From the human T2T-CHM13v2.0 reference genome, Homo sapiens, in the NCBI RefSeq assembly GCF_009914755.1, contig NC_060937.1: a DNA stretch of 64,000 nt; one strand, written 5' to 3'. Below, in pieces: positions 1-13,080 of this stretch. The position numbers and the translations under genes were made by a program. The notes beneath the pieces were generated by a model. The model was not told the DNA's origin, searched no databases, and was given only the letters and a program-made list of their open reading frames with translations. Position 1 is the first letter of the stretch. Each line of letters opens with the position of its first letter.

Positions 1-90
1 TACCTCAGTTGGAAATGCAGAAATCACCTGTCTTCTGCATCGCTCACGCTGGGAGCTCTAGACTGGAGCTGTTCCTATTTGGCCATCTTC
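1..90 (-). mobile_element. 5' end (5'UTR) of a primate L1PA element that continues off the left edge
   Basis: Reverse complement reads GAAGATGGCCAAATAGGAACAGCTCCAGTCTAGAGCTCCCAGCGTGAGCGATGCAGAAGACAGGTGATTTCTGCATTTCCAACTGAGGTA, the L1PA 5'UTR start including the YY1 core AAGATGGCC. Confidence 0.95.
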
Positions 91-172
91 ACTATAAAAC
101 CTTTTGAATACAAGTTTTATTTTTCTTATTTCAGATTTCTTATTTCTTATTTCCTTAGCAAAGTCCAAATCC

Positions 173-468
173 TTTTTTTTTTTTTTTTGATACAGGGTCT
201 CACTGTTGCCCAGGCTGGAATGCAATAGAGCAGTCATGGCTCACTGTAGCCTTGACCTCTTGGGCTCAAGCAATCCTCCCACACAGCCTGCTGAGTAGCT
301 GGGACCACAAGTGTGTGCCATTATGCCTGGCTAATTTTTAAACATATTTTCAGAGATGAGGTCTCCCTATGTTTCCCTGGCTGGTCTCAAGCTCCTGAGC
401 TCAAGCCATCTTTCCTCTTCAGCCCCCCAAATTGTTGGGATTACAGGCCTTAACCACCTTGCCCAACT
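173..468 (-). mobile_element. AluJ-type SINE
   Basis: Poly-T, then a diverged dimeric Alu with AluJ-like GGGTCTCACT..., GGGCTCAAGCAATCCTCCC, GAGCTCAAGCCATC. Confidence 0.9.
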
Positions 469-474
469 CAGTTT

Positions 475-720
475 TCAATATTTGCTAACCACTTGTATTG
501 TCTCTTGAGGACTATATGTTCATATCATTTACATATGTATTTATCTTTTGGATCCTACAGCTTTATTTAAATATTAATTATGTGACTTAGTTTCTGTGAC
601 TATTTTTTTCCCATTTGTTGAGTAATTTTTAAGATTGTTTAGTCTCTTATGAATGGAGTAATTTTTTATTTTTATATACAAAATCTATAAATCTTCTAGT
701 TTGTGATTTCTCCAACTTGA
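475..720 (-). mobile_element. Old L1M (L1ME-like) fragment
   Basis: T-rich degenerate sequence resembling antisense L1 ORF2 3' region; approximate. Confidence 0.45.
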
Positions 721-1825
721 TTTTAAAATGTTAGATTCAATGACATAGAAAAAATTCCTTGAGCACAAAGCTGATTTCTAGACCTTAGAGTAGGAGCCTA
801 CAAGGGTTTTCCCTCTCTTTTATCAAGTTGAGAGAGAAGGGAAGATGACACATGGGACTGGTATGAGGGCCTTTAAAATCAGAGCAACCAATGCCAGAGA
901 GATTGATGGTATTCTTGAAGGGAGTGGGAGGAGGCAATTAGAACACTTAGGTTAATTGCACTGGATGGATAAGGAATGGCAAAGTGGAGTGGCCCAGCCA
1001 TGGCATTCCACCTAGTTAGGCTGCAAATGATCACACCTGAGCTACTCTGCTGTGTCTCTTCTTCCCTACTCAGGGAAATCTCCAGCCCTCTCTGGTTCCC
1101 ACCCCCAGCTCTGTAGTATTACTATAGTGTCTGTAACATCAGCTGTAGCTGGGCATAAAATGATGCAACACCAGCCTGTCTCTGCTTCTCATGGGTTCAG
1201 GAAGTGGTCTTTCATTTATCATCGACCACTTAGTACCAGCCACCTACCGTGAGAAGCAAAACAGACAAGAAGGAAAGAAATGGGCAGATTGGGGATATAT
1301 TTTGAGGGTATACTTGAGAGGATTTGTTGAAGGATTGGAGGTAGTGTATGAGAAAGATGAACAAGGATGTTCTCAAGACCGGAGCAAGAAGTTGCCATAT
1401 CCTGAGATGAGATAAGTAGCAGGAGAAGAAAGTTTCAAGGGTGGTAATCAGGAGATCAATTTCTGCACACATTAGGTTTGATAGGCCTTGCGATGTCCAA
1501 ATGGAGATACATGGGCCTGAAGGGAGATTATGGGGCTGGAGTTCAGAAGGGAGATCCAGGGTGGAGATTTGTCAACAAATAGGTGGATGACAGCATCCAG
1601 GAGACAGAGTGACTAGAAAAGTAAAGAGGATGGAAGAATGAGTGCTGGGACTTTCCACTGGCACATAATTTAGAGGGCGAAAAGACGAGAATAAACCAGC
1701 AAAGGTGACGGGGGAGCAGCAACCAGTGAGGTAAGGGGAAAGCCAGGAGAGTGTGGTGGTATCCTGGAAGCCAAGGGAAGAAAGTTTATCAAGCAGGAAA
1801 GAGTGATCTGCTGGGTTAAATGCCG

Positions 1826-2367
1826 CTTAATGGTAAATATTGAGTGTCAACTTGATAGGATTGAAGGATGCAAAGTATTGTTCCTGGGTGTGTCTGTGGG
1901 GATGTTGCCAAAGGAGATTAACATTTGAGTCAGTGGACTGGGAGGCACAGACCCCACCATCAGTCTTGGTGGGCACAATCTAATCAGCTGCCAGCACAGC
2001 TAGGATAAAAGCAGGCAGAAGAATGTGGAAGGACTAGACTGGCTGAGTCTTCTGGTCTCCATCTTTCTCTTGTGCTGAATGCTTCCTGCCCTCAAACATC
2101 AGACTCCAAGTTCTTGGACTCTTGGACTTACACCAGTGGTTTGCCAGGGGCTCTTGGGCCTTTGGCCACAGACTGAAGGCTACACTGTCAGCTTTCCTGC
2201 TTTTGAGGTTTTGGGACTCAGACTGGCTTCCTGGCTTCTTAGCTTGCAGATGGCCTATTGTGAGACTTAACCTTGTGATCATGTGAGTCAGTTCTCCTAA
2301 CAAACTCCCCTTCATACATTCATCTGTCCAATTAGTTCTGTCCCTTTAGAGAACATTGACTAATACA
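1826..2367 (+). mobile_element. MLT2A (probably MLT2A2) ERVL solo LTR
   Basis: Begins ATGGTAAATATTGAGTGTCAACTTGATAGGATTGAAGGATGCAAAGTATTGTTCCTGGGTGTGTCTGTG and ends TTAGTTCTGTCCCTTTAGAGAACATTGACTAATACA; about 540 bp. Confidence 0.92.
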
Positions 2368-2569
2368 GTGTGACAGGTCAAGCAAGTGATAGGCTGAGAA
2401 TTGACCTCTAGATAGAGCAAATTATTGGAGACTTTGATAAGAGCAGTGTCAGTTGAGTGGTGAAGGCAAAACCCTGAGACATGGGTTCAAAAGAGGATGG
2501 AAGGAGGAGAAATTGGGGCTGTACAGAACTGGGGCATAAAAATGGCCTATATCTGAAAATAACTCCAAA

Positions 2570-2683
2570 AATTTATTATTAAAATTAATTTCATTTGTTT
2601 CTTTTTAAATTTTTTTCATGTGGCTACTAGAAAAATTAAAATGACAGATGTGGCTCACATTATATGGCTACTGGACAGCACTG
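2570..2683 (-). mobile_element. MER33-like hAT-Charlie fragment
   Basis: CATGTGGCTACTAGAAAAATTAAAATGACAGATGTGGCTCACATTATA...GGACAGCACTG matches the MER33 terminus. Confidence 0.75.
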
Positions 2684-5284
2684 ATATAAATTATGCTTTT
2701 CATAGTTTTATCATAAAGGGGACCAGAAGATGGGATGGTAGCTGGTGGTGAAGTGGGGTAAAGAGAAACTTTTTTCCCCTGAAATGGGAGAATTGCAGCA
2801 TGTTTGTATGTGGGAATAATATAGTCAAAAGTAGAAGTTGATGATGCAGCAGAAGAGACAGGGGACAAATGATGTCCTGGAGTAGGTGAGTGCATTTGGG
2901 TTCCAGCGCATAGGTGGAGGGTGGCCGAAGGGTTATGGACTGTTCATACAGAGTGACAGGAGAGGAAGCAGAATGTGAGGTTTGCAAACAAAGGTGAGTA
3001 TTTATGGACATGGGAGTGCTTGGAAGTTCCTCTTTTGTAATCTTAGTGACATAGGGAGCCAGTCTTCAGCTGAGAAAAGAGGATGGGGGAGGAGGTTCTC
3101 TTCTGACATACACTATAGACCACAGAATTTGGAAAAAAAAAAAAAAAGCTTGCTACTAGGTCACTTAGAAGACAAGGAGGGGACAATGTAGGGTGTAGGG
3201 TACTTCGGATTTGCTGGTGGTTCATTACCGGAAACAAAAAATGAAACAACCCATTGGAGACATGTTCCCACTCGGTCATCTTGTCTCCTTCGTTTCTTGG
3301 ATCCCAGTTTTTTTGTCTGTCTGTTTATTTGTTTGTTTTATCAAAGCAGAAAATAAAAACTCCAATTCTCTCCTCCTCAGTTTGCTTGGTGTTCAACATA
3401 GTTCCTCCTGCTGCGGGCCAGCTTGGTTTCTTTAAACTTTAATTGCCACAAAAACGTTTGCACTCAGAGCCCTAAATCTTCCAAGTCCTCCTTTTGTGTT
3501 TCTTGTTTTCCTCCTCTTTTTCTGCCTTCAGGAAAGAAGTGAGATGATGATGGCTCTGTCTCAGCAGCTCTCGGGGGGACCTGCAGGCTGGGGAGGCAGC
3601 TTCTCTCTGCAATTTGGCCGCTCCTGGACTTGTTGCAGCCAGGCTTCAAAGAGAAACCACCGCTTCCTCCCCGAGCCCCACGCCAGCCTCAGAGGCAGCT
3701 GGGCCTATTGAAACATTCAAGTTTCACTTCAGGCTACTTTAAACATTTGCTTTATTCCAAAACAGCTAAACTTGGAGTTATTTTCAAATATAGGCCATTT
3801 TTATGCCCCAGTATATTGTGTGGTTTTGAAGGCTTTTTTCATATCATTAGCTGCAACCCCCAAAGGTTAAAAATAATGATTAAGTAAAATCTTTACACGG
3901 ATTCCTCTGCTCCCTGGAGGGGACACTGGGCAGTGTCCAAACTGCCAGACAAGCCAAGCTGTGACAATAGTGACTTAGCTTGCGACTCTTAGGGTTGTCC
4001 AAATGATTATATTCTTGTGGGGAGGAACGTGAAAGGGGGCTGAAGAGAACAGTGTAAGACACAAATTTGGTTTGGGGTTTGGCGAGGATCAAGATTTTTA
4101 AAATGGCTCGTGTGCTGAATTCATTTTTTTTTTCTTGCTGTCTTAGAGTAACAATCACATAAACATACTCTGAGTTTATTTTCTGTGAAATAGTTGCAGT
4201 TCACCTTTCAGCTGATAAGCATCTGCCCCTAGAAAACCATAAAAAATGGAAGAGTTTACAAGAGGTTGTGAGTTGGCACAACCAGGCAGGGGAGGAGAAA
4301 GCACTTAGGACAAGTAAATATTTTACAGCACCTATATTTTCAGACTGTCGCTGCTTCCAAGGCCAGCCTCCTCTCGCTCCTGGCTCACTGCTCCTTTCCC
4401 TTACTTTTCCTGGGGCTTGCTTTCTTTCTGTCTTCTTATTTTTTTAATCTCAAAGTTAATATTTCCATTTAATTCTACCTGCTTCCTCCAGTAGTTAACA
4501 TGCTAGTTAGCTATTTAAACATTTTATAGATTTCTCTGAGCTTGTCATAATTATTTTCTTGGCTGAGCCTTCTGGAGTCATTCCATGTCAGGAGACAGTC
4601 TGAAATAGAAAGACAGCAACTTTAGGGTGGGTGCAGCTGGGTTACACCTGTTGCTAAACAAAACAGGATTTATGAAAACATAAACTAAAACAAGTAAAGC
4701 AAATCAGAAAAAAAAGACAGTAAGCAGCCTGCCCTGGTAAATTGCATGCTTCTTTTACTGTTGTCCTCTTTGTGTGAGAGATTTGTTTGGGTTTTGGAAG
4801 GGACACTTCAATGCACAACCTCTGTAATCCTCAATAAATTCAGTTAGGGTGAAGCAAATCATACCAAGAGGAGGCTCCTAAGTCAAACAGAATGATTTTT
4901 TTTTTGGCGCTAAGGGGTGTTTGAATTTTGACAGCTTGTTCTACATTTTAACAATGGAAGCTATGATGGAACAAAACATATTTCTAGACATTGTTGCTTT
5001 TTATTTTTAGTGTAGGGTTAAGTGTTAGTGTTAAACATTTTTTGAAAATAAATAAATTTTCTCAATTTTTATAATGCTGAAAAATTAATGACCATATGGT
5101 AAAATACTCTGACTGTGGGTGGAATGCAAGGCATCGAAGGACATTACCTAATGGAGGTGGGCGTAGTTTTCCTTGACTCCATAAAGGATTTTAAAATCCA
5201 ACTGGGCTTAATGTTCCATCTAAATCTGCATTCCATGGCATCATGTCGGTTCACCATAAAAATTAGAGAAAGTTTCTATTGATC

Positions 5285-5455
5285 AAGAAAGAAGAAAGAA
5301 AGAGAGAAAGAAAGAGAAAGAAAGAAAAAAGAAAAGGAAGAAAGAAAAGGGAAGAAAGAAAGAAAGAAAAGAGAGAAAGAAAGGAAGAAAGAAAGAAGGA
5401 AAGAAAGAAAGAAAAGAAAGGGAGGAAGGGAGGAAGGAAGGAGAGAGAAAAGAGA
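5285..5455. repeat. Polypurine (AAAG/AGGA)n low-complexity tract
   Basis: About 170 bp of almost pure A/G. Confidence 0.95.
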
Positions 5456-6189
5456 CATAATTGCTCTATTGTGAAGATTAATCAACTTTATAAAGGAATA
5501 AAAATATTTCATAGGGACGTGGTAAAGATTCTTTTGTGAGGGTTTCCCACTTTCTGCTGGAGTGTATAGACCACTTAAGGTAGTCACATCAGGAAAGGGT
5601 GAGAACTTTGCCCTTGGACAACAAGAAGATTTTCTTTGCATTTTTTTCAAGAGGCCCAGTTTTTCAAGGGCCTATGACAAAAGTCTGGAGGTAATGAGAA
5701 AAGATGCAGACGTGATGATTAGAAAGCTGGTTCTCAGTGTTTGTTTAGTGAATATTAGATTGAGCTTTTCCAGCGTTTAACTCTTGCAGTTAAGAGTTAA
5801 GAGTGGTAAGGGGAGCACTGAGTGCTGATTCAAAGGCCAGATAGCATTTTGCAGCTGTGGGGCTACGCACTGGGCCCTGGCCAATGCACCTCATCCCTGC
5901 TTTTGCTGGATTTTAACAGGCACCACAGGACCCTTGGCTGCTTAGGCAGCCAACTTTGCTAAATTGCTTCATGGTTTCCATGATGTGAGCTGAAGTCCAC
6001 CACAGCTAGGTTGGCATCTTTGCATTCATTTCCTTCATGTCCCATTGTAAGTTAAGTCATAAACTGGTACTTCAGACAGTAAAAAGATGGTTCCTTGCCA
6101 TGCATACTTTGATCTTACTCTGGTGGGAATCATTCCCTTGCCTTATAACTGGCATCTGAACTGATGATACCAACTTTGTAAATGTTTTA

Positions 6190-6622
6190 AATTTTTGTGG
6201 TAAAAAACACATAACATAAAATTTACCATCTTAACCATTTCTAAGTGTACAGTTCAGTAGTGTTAAGTATGTTCATATTGTTGTGCAGCCAATCTCCAAA
6301 ACTTTTTCATCTTGCAAATCTAAAACTATATACCTCTTAAACTACAATTCTCCATTCTCCCCTTCCCCAAGCCCTGGCAACTACCTTTTTACGTTCTGTT
6401 TCTGTGAATTTGACCACTCTAGATAACTTTTAAGTGGAATTATACAGTATTTTTCTTTTTGTAACTGGTTTATTTCACTTTGCATAATGTCATCAAGATT
6501 CATCCATGTTGTAGCATGTGTCAGAATTTCCTTCCTTTGAAAGCCTGGACAATATTCCATTGTATGGATAGGCCACATGTTGTTCATTCATTCCTTGAGG
6601 GATACTTGGTTGCTTCTACATC
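6190..6622 (-). mobile_element. L1MB3-like 3' end
   Basis: TTGTGGTAAAAAACACATAACATAAAATTTACCATCTTAACCATTTCTAAGTGTACAGTTCAGTAG; ORF 6381..6587 shows the ORF2 C-terminus (HTMEY...EILTHATTWMNL). Confidence 0.85.
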
Positions 6623-7872
6623 CAACTCTATATTTTAGTATTCAACATAATCTGAGGGGTGATATTGTTCTATTAATATTTCTATAACTATTTGTCCCAT
6701 GACCTCAATTGTTAATAACTGTTGATATGAGGCATCTTTGCCCTCCCAAAATCCCTTTACTAATGTTAAGACAGAGTATCAAACTTGAAATAAGGCAGTA
6801 GAATAGCCTCAGTTTTCACGGTCTTGTAAGAGCATTTTCTAAAAGACCTACCCAAAGATGACCTGATTCTCTAGGGGAATGTATCTTATTTGACATATTA
6901 TTTGTTACTAATTAAGGCTCAGACTCTATGAGATGACATGCTAATTTGTAGGATTTTATTCAGTAGTGATGCAAGTGATTTTGGTCTGGTAAAAAAAAAA
7001 AAGGATGACTTTAAAGGTTATACTTTTATTGCCAAGTATAGTATTAACTAGTGTTCTGTCTAACCCAGCAATCTTATTCCAACATTCATTCTCAGATGCC
7101 CGCATATATTTAGTTTCTCAAATACTCTTTGCACTGGTTTTATCATTCTGCTCGTTACCTCATTAATGAATTACGTAAATATTTGCCACATGCTTATGTT
7201 TATATGCAAGCCATAGTTATAACTTTAAAAAATTATGTTTTGAATTTCTTTCCTGCCAGAGCAGCCAGCATAAATAACTGCATTCTTCATTTCAGTGAAG
7301 TTTTTGTTGCTAAGCCATAGAGGGGCCAGGTGATGTCAGAACAGTTAAGCATGAGACCTACACTAGGAAAAAGTAGGAAATGGCTTTCTGCTAAATGTAA
7401 TTATAGAATAAGTTCTTTTTTTTTTTGAAAGAAGACTGACCAACAACACAACAACAAATTTAGCTTATAAATATGTTCCAGCATTTTAATCTAATACAAG
7501 GGCAAAGTAAACCTCTGTGTTGATGTTTGGGCCGAAAACTACCAGCCTCCTCAACTCAACTATGCAAACATCAGGCCAGGAGGCTGCAGAGACCTCAAGG
7601 TGTGTTTCCCAAAAGGCATAGTAGAGAGGCTAGCTACACTCACATAGATCTGCAGTTGCAACAGAGGATATAAAAAAATAAATAAAAGGCAAAGTTTCCA
7701 TAAACTCTGCATTTTCATACCCACCTGCAGCCAAACCTTCTTAATGTGGAGATGTGCCTGTTTCTTGCAAAGGGTTTACTATTATGGTTCTGCTCTGTGC
7801 TGGAAAAGTGCAAATGACTATGGACAGCATGCCAAAAAACAGTCCCTGCTGATTCTTTTCAACTCAGGGGCA

Positions 7873-7920
7873 TGTGTGTGTGCACATTTGTGTGTGTGTG
7901 TGTGCATGCCTGTCTGTGTG
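7873..7920. repeat. Imperfect (TG)n microsatellite
   Basis: Interrupted TG runs. Confidence 0.8.
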
Positions 7921-9074
7921 GGGGGTGTTACTATACCATACAGACACACAGCCTGCCGTTTTAAGTGTCCCAGAGATCAATTTATTCAACATTTAGTGAC
8001 GAGAGGTAGCTCATTTAAAGGGTTAGTCCCTAAAGATTAGGAACTGATTCTCAAGAATGGAGGTAATATATCTTGGTTGCCTTCTAATTCCCAGGTATTC
8101 CTCAAAGACAGACCAGCATAAATTAATCAATGCCTCTCTGAATTCTGCAAAATTTGTTTTTTCTTTTGTCCCACGTGAGAGTGAATGTTAAGATAAATGG
8201 TTATTTCTGGACTAAAATTAAAGGAAGTTGAGAAAAGCAAATGATGTATTTCAGTGAGTTAGTAGAAGGCCAGAGGGAATTCTGTTAAAAGCCTCCCCTA
8301 CAGCTTAATGATTGTCACATTGCAAACTCTACCTTGATAAAAAGAAAAATTTTAAACTATGACCTCCCTTAATTTTCTCCATCTATGTGTGGGAGCTCTC
8401 CTCTGTGAGTTCATCTGTTTGAATTTGACTCTGAATGATTCAATCAGCCAGTGTTGCACCATAATTTGGTAGCCCTTTGGCTAAATGCAAAGGGTTGGTG
8501 GTCTCACCCTGGGTATATGCAGACATCTCCCTGGCATTGTTACATTACCCTGTGGAGTCAGGGGATGACAGATGAAGAAAATTTCTCTGCTGAAGTTAGT
8601 GAGGCCCCCTCCATTTCTAGGAAATCCTTAATTTTGTTCTTACAATTTAACGAATCTCTGCTTTTCATGCAATCTTTGTATTTAGGGTCATTCCAGTCTT
8701 TTAAACAAAATTGGTATACAGCTTTTTATGTGGGGTAGTGTTTTCAATTTTCACACTGATGCTATCATATTTCAGGAATAACCACAAGTGGTTAATTCTG
8801 TAATTCTTCTAGACATTTTATTTTAAACTTTAAACCTGAGGAAACCATGGTCAGTATCAATAAATGTTGATTGAGTGTCAACTGGGTATGAGCCCTGTCC
8901 CTGGCACTTTAACAAGTCTGCTCTGAGAGGTCTGGGTTTCCAAGATGTTCCATTACCTGGTTTAGGAGTCAGATATTTCCCTCAAAGAGGTATTCCTTGT
9001 TTCCTGAGTTTTAAAATTATTCTAAGTTCCCAGTTTTTAAAGCCATTATCTGTAAGACAGGAGTGCCCAGTAGT

Positions 9075-9310
9075 TTTCATTTACTAGGAGCTTATTGTGA
9101 GCTAGAAACTGTAGTTAGTCAAGTGTTTTACATGCATTTTTAAATTTTAATCTCCATACCAATCTACTAAATTGGCGCCCTATTCTTCTGAATCCCGTTT
9201 TAGAGGTGAGAGCACTGAGGCTTGCTGAGAACATGCCATCAGCTCCAGTGACACAGCCAGCATGGAATCCAGTTTAAATGTGGGCATGTCTGACTCCACA
9301 GCCTCTCTGC
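9075..9310 (-). mobile_element. MIR SINE
   Basis: CCCGTTTTAGAGGTGAGAGCACTGAGGCT...GTCTGACTCCACAGCC is the antisense MIR core. Confidence 0.7.
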
Positions 9311-10239
9311 TACATCATGTGCAGTCTGCTTTTTGATGGCCTTTTGTTAATTCCTCCTTGGTGCCCTGATATTTCAGAAGTTATATGTCATTTAGTTACA
9401 CATTTTAAACCTTAGGAAACCAAGTCTGCATCAACATTTACTAAGTATTGACTGGCTCTGCATTTAATGTTTTACACGTCCGTTTTGCATGGTCAGGATG
9501 TCCAAATTATTTCATTAGCTCATTATTTTGGTCATATGTATTTCTGAAGGGGACTATAATAATGAAAACTAGCTTAAATTCCCAATTATTCAGGCTATTT
9601 CATTTAAAGATGAGAACAGCTGGCAGTTTCAATTCCTCAAGTGTTGAAAAATTGTGGAAAAGAAAAACCCCAAACCAGCGTGTTAACAAATGGCTTAGCG
9701 AATGAATCGGAGGGATTGTGTTCTCTCTGGCCGTTTCTGGATATCTTCTGTGTGTCTCCACAATCTGGGTGCGGTGTGATGTGTTGCTCCACGGAGAAAC
9801 CACAGTTGAAAGAATAAACAGGGATGACAGAATAAACAGAATAAACCCTGAGTGTGGGGGAAGCTTTGCAAGTCAGGCTCCTTTCACTCACATGCCTGGC
9901 CTTCTGGGAATGGGCCCAAAGTTTTCTCTTTGGGAACTGGTGTAAACGGCTTATTGCAGCCAGTTTGTTTGGTTTCTCATTGACTGGTACAGGGTCCTGG
10001 GCAGGCACTAGCAGAATGAGGCTGCCTTTGGGGGAGCCTCGCAAACTGGGCACTGCTCAGTAAACAAACACATGCACAAATGTGCTGAGGAAAGTGGGGA
10101 CCCGGCATGGCACACACGCATGAACACACACACAGACTGAGGGAGATGATCTAATGGAGAAGAAAAGAATTTATTGTTGTTGATCATTATGGATTCCACC
10201 TCCAATTCAATGACACATTTTTCTGAAAAGATTTCCATT

Positions 10240-10892
10240 CTTTTGTTTTTGTTTTATTTTTAGTTTTAGTTCTGGGTATGTGTACAGGATGTGCAGGTTT
10301 GTTACATAGGTAAACATGTGCCATGGTGATTTCCTGCACCTATCAACCCATCACCTAGGTATTAAGCCCAGCATGCATTAGCTATTTGTCCTAATGCTCC
10401 CCCTCCCCAACCACATCTGCCAACAGGCCCCAGTGTATGTTGTTCCCTTCCTTGTGTCCATGTGTTCTCATTGTTCAGCTCCCACTTACAAGTGAGAACA
10501 TGCAGTGTTTGATTTTCTATTCCTGCATTAGTTTGCTGAGGATAATGGCTTCCAGCTTCATCTGTGTCCCTGCAAAGAACATGATCTGTGTCCTTTTAAT
10601 GGCTGCATAGGATTCCATGGTGTATATGTACCACATTTTCTTTATCCAGTGTATCACTGATGGGCATTTGAATTGATTCCATGTCTTTGCTATTGTGAAA
10701 AGTGCAGCAATGAACGTATGTGTGCATGTATCTTTGTAATAAAATGATTTATATTCCTTTGGGTATATACCCAGTAATGGGATTGCTGGGTCAAATGGTA
10801 TTTCTGGTTCTAGATCTTTGAAGAATCGCCACACCATCTTCCACAATGGTTAAAGTAATTTACATTCCCACCAATGGTGTAAAAGTGTTCCT
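10240..10892 (-). mobile_element. 5'-truncated older L1PA (L1PA8-10-like) 3' end with TSD
   Basis: Antisense L1 3'UTR and ORF2 C-terminus (ORF 10517..10846: [28 protein letters not shown]); TSD AAGATTTCCATT at 10228-10239 and 10893-10904. Confidence 0.93.
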
Positions 10893-13080
10893 AAGATTTC
10901 CATTTTATGTTTGTCAAGCACTCTCCTTGGAGGAAGACTAAAGGCACACACTGTCCATAAGAACTGAACAATCAGTGCTGTTAAGTAAGTTGGGTTGAGA
11001 TTGTGCAAGACCAGGAAATTGAAGAGGCAGTTGATGAAAGTTGTGAAAGGAAAATTGCAGAAAAAATCTTGCATGCCCATGATGGGGGCACTCAGCAGTG
11101 GAAACAGCAAAAAGAGGGACCCATTCTACAGCAGAACTGCCTTTTTCAATAGTGCTATTGGGACCTGGGCTCATGTTCTTGCTGAGAAGAGCCACTAATA
11201 TTACCTGGGAGTGAGTTGAGCCTTAAAGTCCTTGTCTGTGCAGCCCTGTGTTTTGAGCACTTTCCAGATGGTTCAAGAAGTTTGTAGAACTTATTCATAA
11301 TTTGTGTAGCAAAACAGCTGCATTTTGGAGCCTTGATAGTAGTATCACAGAGTTGGGCTGGAGGAGAGTCAAAGACAGGGACATATGTGTCACCTGGGCT
11401 GCTTTGGAGATCTCAGGACTGTGACAGGACAGTGACACCGGCCTGCAACCATAGACCACCAGTGTGCACTTATAACCTGGGCTCAGACAGATATGCTGAC
11501 TCCCAAGATGGCTGTATCTTGAGTTAATGGCACATAATTCAGCCCCTCACTGAGGCTTTCCTGGAAATCTAACCATGGACTGTATGTGCACTCAGTCCTG
11601 GAACTCCCTGTCTGAAAGTGCAAAAATGCCTGTTCTGGTGTTTGTTCATTTGCAGTAGTTGCATGAGCCTCTGTCCTCAGGGTCTCTGTTTCCTTCTTCG
11701 TGTCCTGTGTCTCCATACTGCTTCTCTTCAAGTGCCATCTGTGAGACTCAGGGGGATCCTCCGACATTTACGGTCCTTAGCAGTAGGGTTTTCCCTAGTG
11801 GTAAATGGGAGAGAATCCTGAATTCTAGTCACCAGGAAGCAGAAGTACGGCTGAGAGACACTGAAACTCAAGGTCAAGTCTTGCAGGCAAGGAAGAGAAT
11901 AGCAAGTTGAGCCCTGGCTGATTCAGAGTCCTTTATACTATTGAGATGTACACATTTTTTGGATTATATCACCTGAAAAAGCATGAGGTTTCCACTGTGA
12001 CATTTATTTTCTTGGCCTTGAAACCCAGAATATTGAGAATGTGGCTGTTAACCAAAGCCTCCTGAACTGAAGGAGGTCTTTTCTTGTATAGTGTGTGAAA
12101 GCAGAGAGGAGCTGTTCATTGTAGCCTTTGAAGATCACCTCTTAATTTCCCCGTGTTCTTATTCTCTAACGATGTGCTTCACTCTTCTTTGGAGGGGAGC
12201 CTCCTCTGTGCTGTTTGAGATCAGTACTTCCTACTGCCTTTATGATGGCCTTAGAGAAGTTCTCCTGCCGGATCTAGATGGATCTCACATTATGAAAGGA
12301 GCAACAGAACCCTGTAGGAAGGCCAGGGCTCTATTTATTTACATTTGAGGTGGTGGCTGTGGAGGAGGAAGATTCAAAACACACAAAGTTATGTATGAAT
12401 TATGATGTGATATGTTCAGCTTTTAGCTCTCTACTGGGCAGCACTTCAAAGTTTGTTTCAATGGATTTTCTTCAGGGGGCCACACCAGCATCCTCCAAAT
12501 GGGAGTCTGAGGATGCCTCCCATCTTACATCACTCACAGATCACTGCCAGAGCAACAAGAAACAAAAACCCTAACAATTTACAGTTCACCCTCTTTGATG
12601 TAAGGTGCAGTGGGGACACGAAGCCCAGGCCTCTGAGTAGGATGTAGTTGGATTGGCACAGAAAGCAAACTCTTCTTTCTTTCCTCAAGAAGAAGGAAAA
12701 CTACACTAGCAAATTAAAAATATTAGCAAGCTTCTACTCAGATACATTTAGCTTGATTTGGGTCAAGGTGGGGGAAGGGAAGAGTAAGGAATTCAAACAG
12801 CCTGTGCCAAGGATTTGCTGAACATGTTCTTTAAAAAAATGCTGACAGGCATTAAATTAAGTAACAACTGCAGATTACACAAGGGTAAACACTGCTGCTA
12901 ATGTTTGACTAAAAGCTAACTGAGGGCTCTAAGTGATTCCAGTTAATTTATAGATCACGCCAGTAACAGCCCCAGGGGACTGGGGCTGCTGAAGGTGGGA
13001 GATTCGTTTTATAGCCAGAAGCCACGTTTTTAATTTTAGAAAAAGAAAACTAAAGCTGTAGGAACTGATTTAGAAACTTC

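Larger units (their letters stand above)
1380..3090 (-). mobile_element. L2 LINE relic interrupted by an MLT2A LTR and a MER33 fragment
   Basis: L2-like purine-rich motifs (TCCTGGAAGCCAAGGGAAGAAAGT...TTAAATGCCGC, resuming after 2367 with GACAGGTCAAG...GCTGAGAATTGACC...GACTTTGATAAGAGCAGT). Confidence 0.75.

Noticed and set aside
5276-5650. K/E/R-rich and F/L/S-rich ORFs
   Set aside because: Translation artefacts of the (AAAG)n tract
5778-5954. Short inverted repeats (TTAACTCTT/AAGAGTTAA; TTGGCTGC/GCAGCCAA)
   Set aside because: 8-9-bp stems are too short for a miRNA hairpin and expected by chance in 64 kb
8436-8446. TGATTCAATCA Dux-type motif
   Set aside because: Single isolated 11-mer with no supporting context
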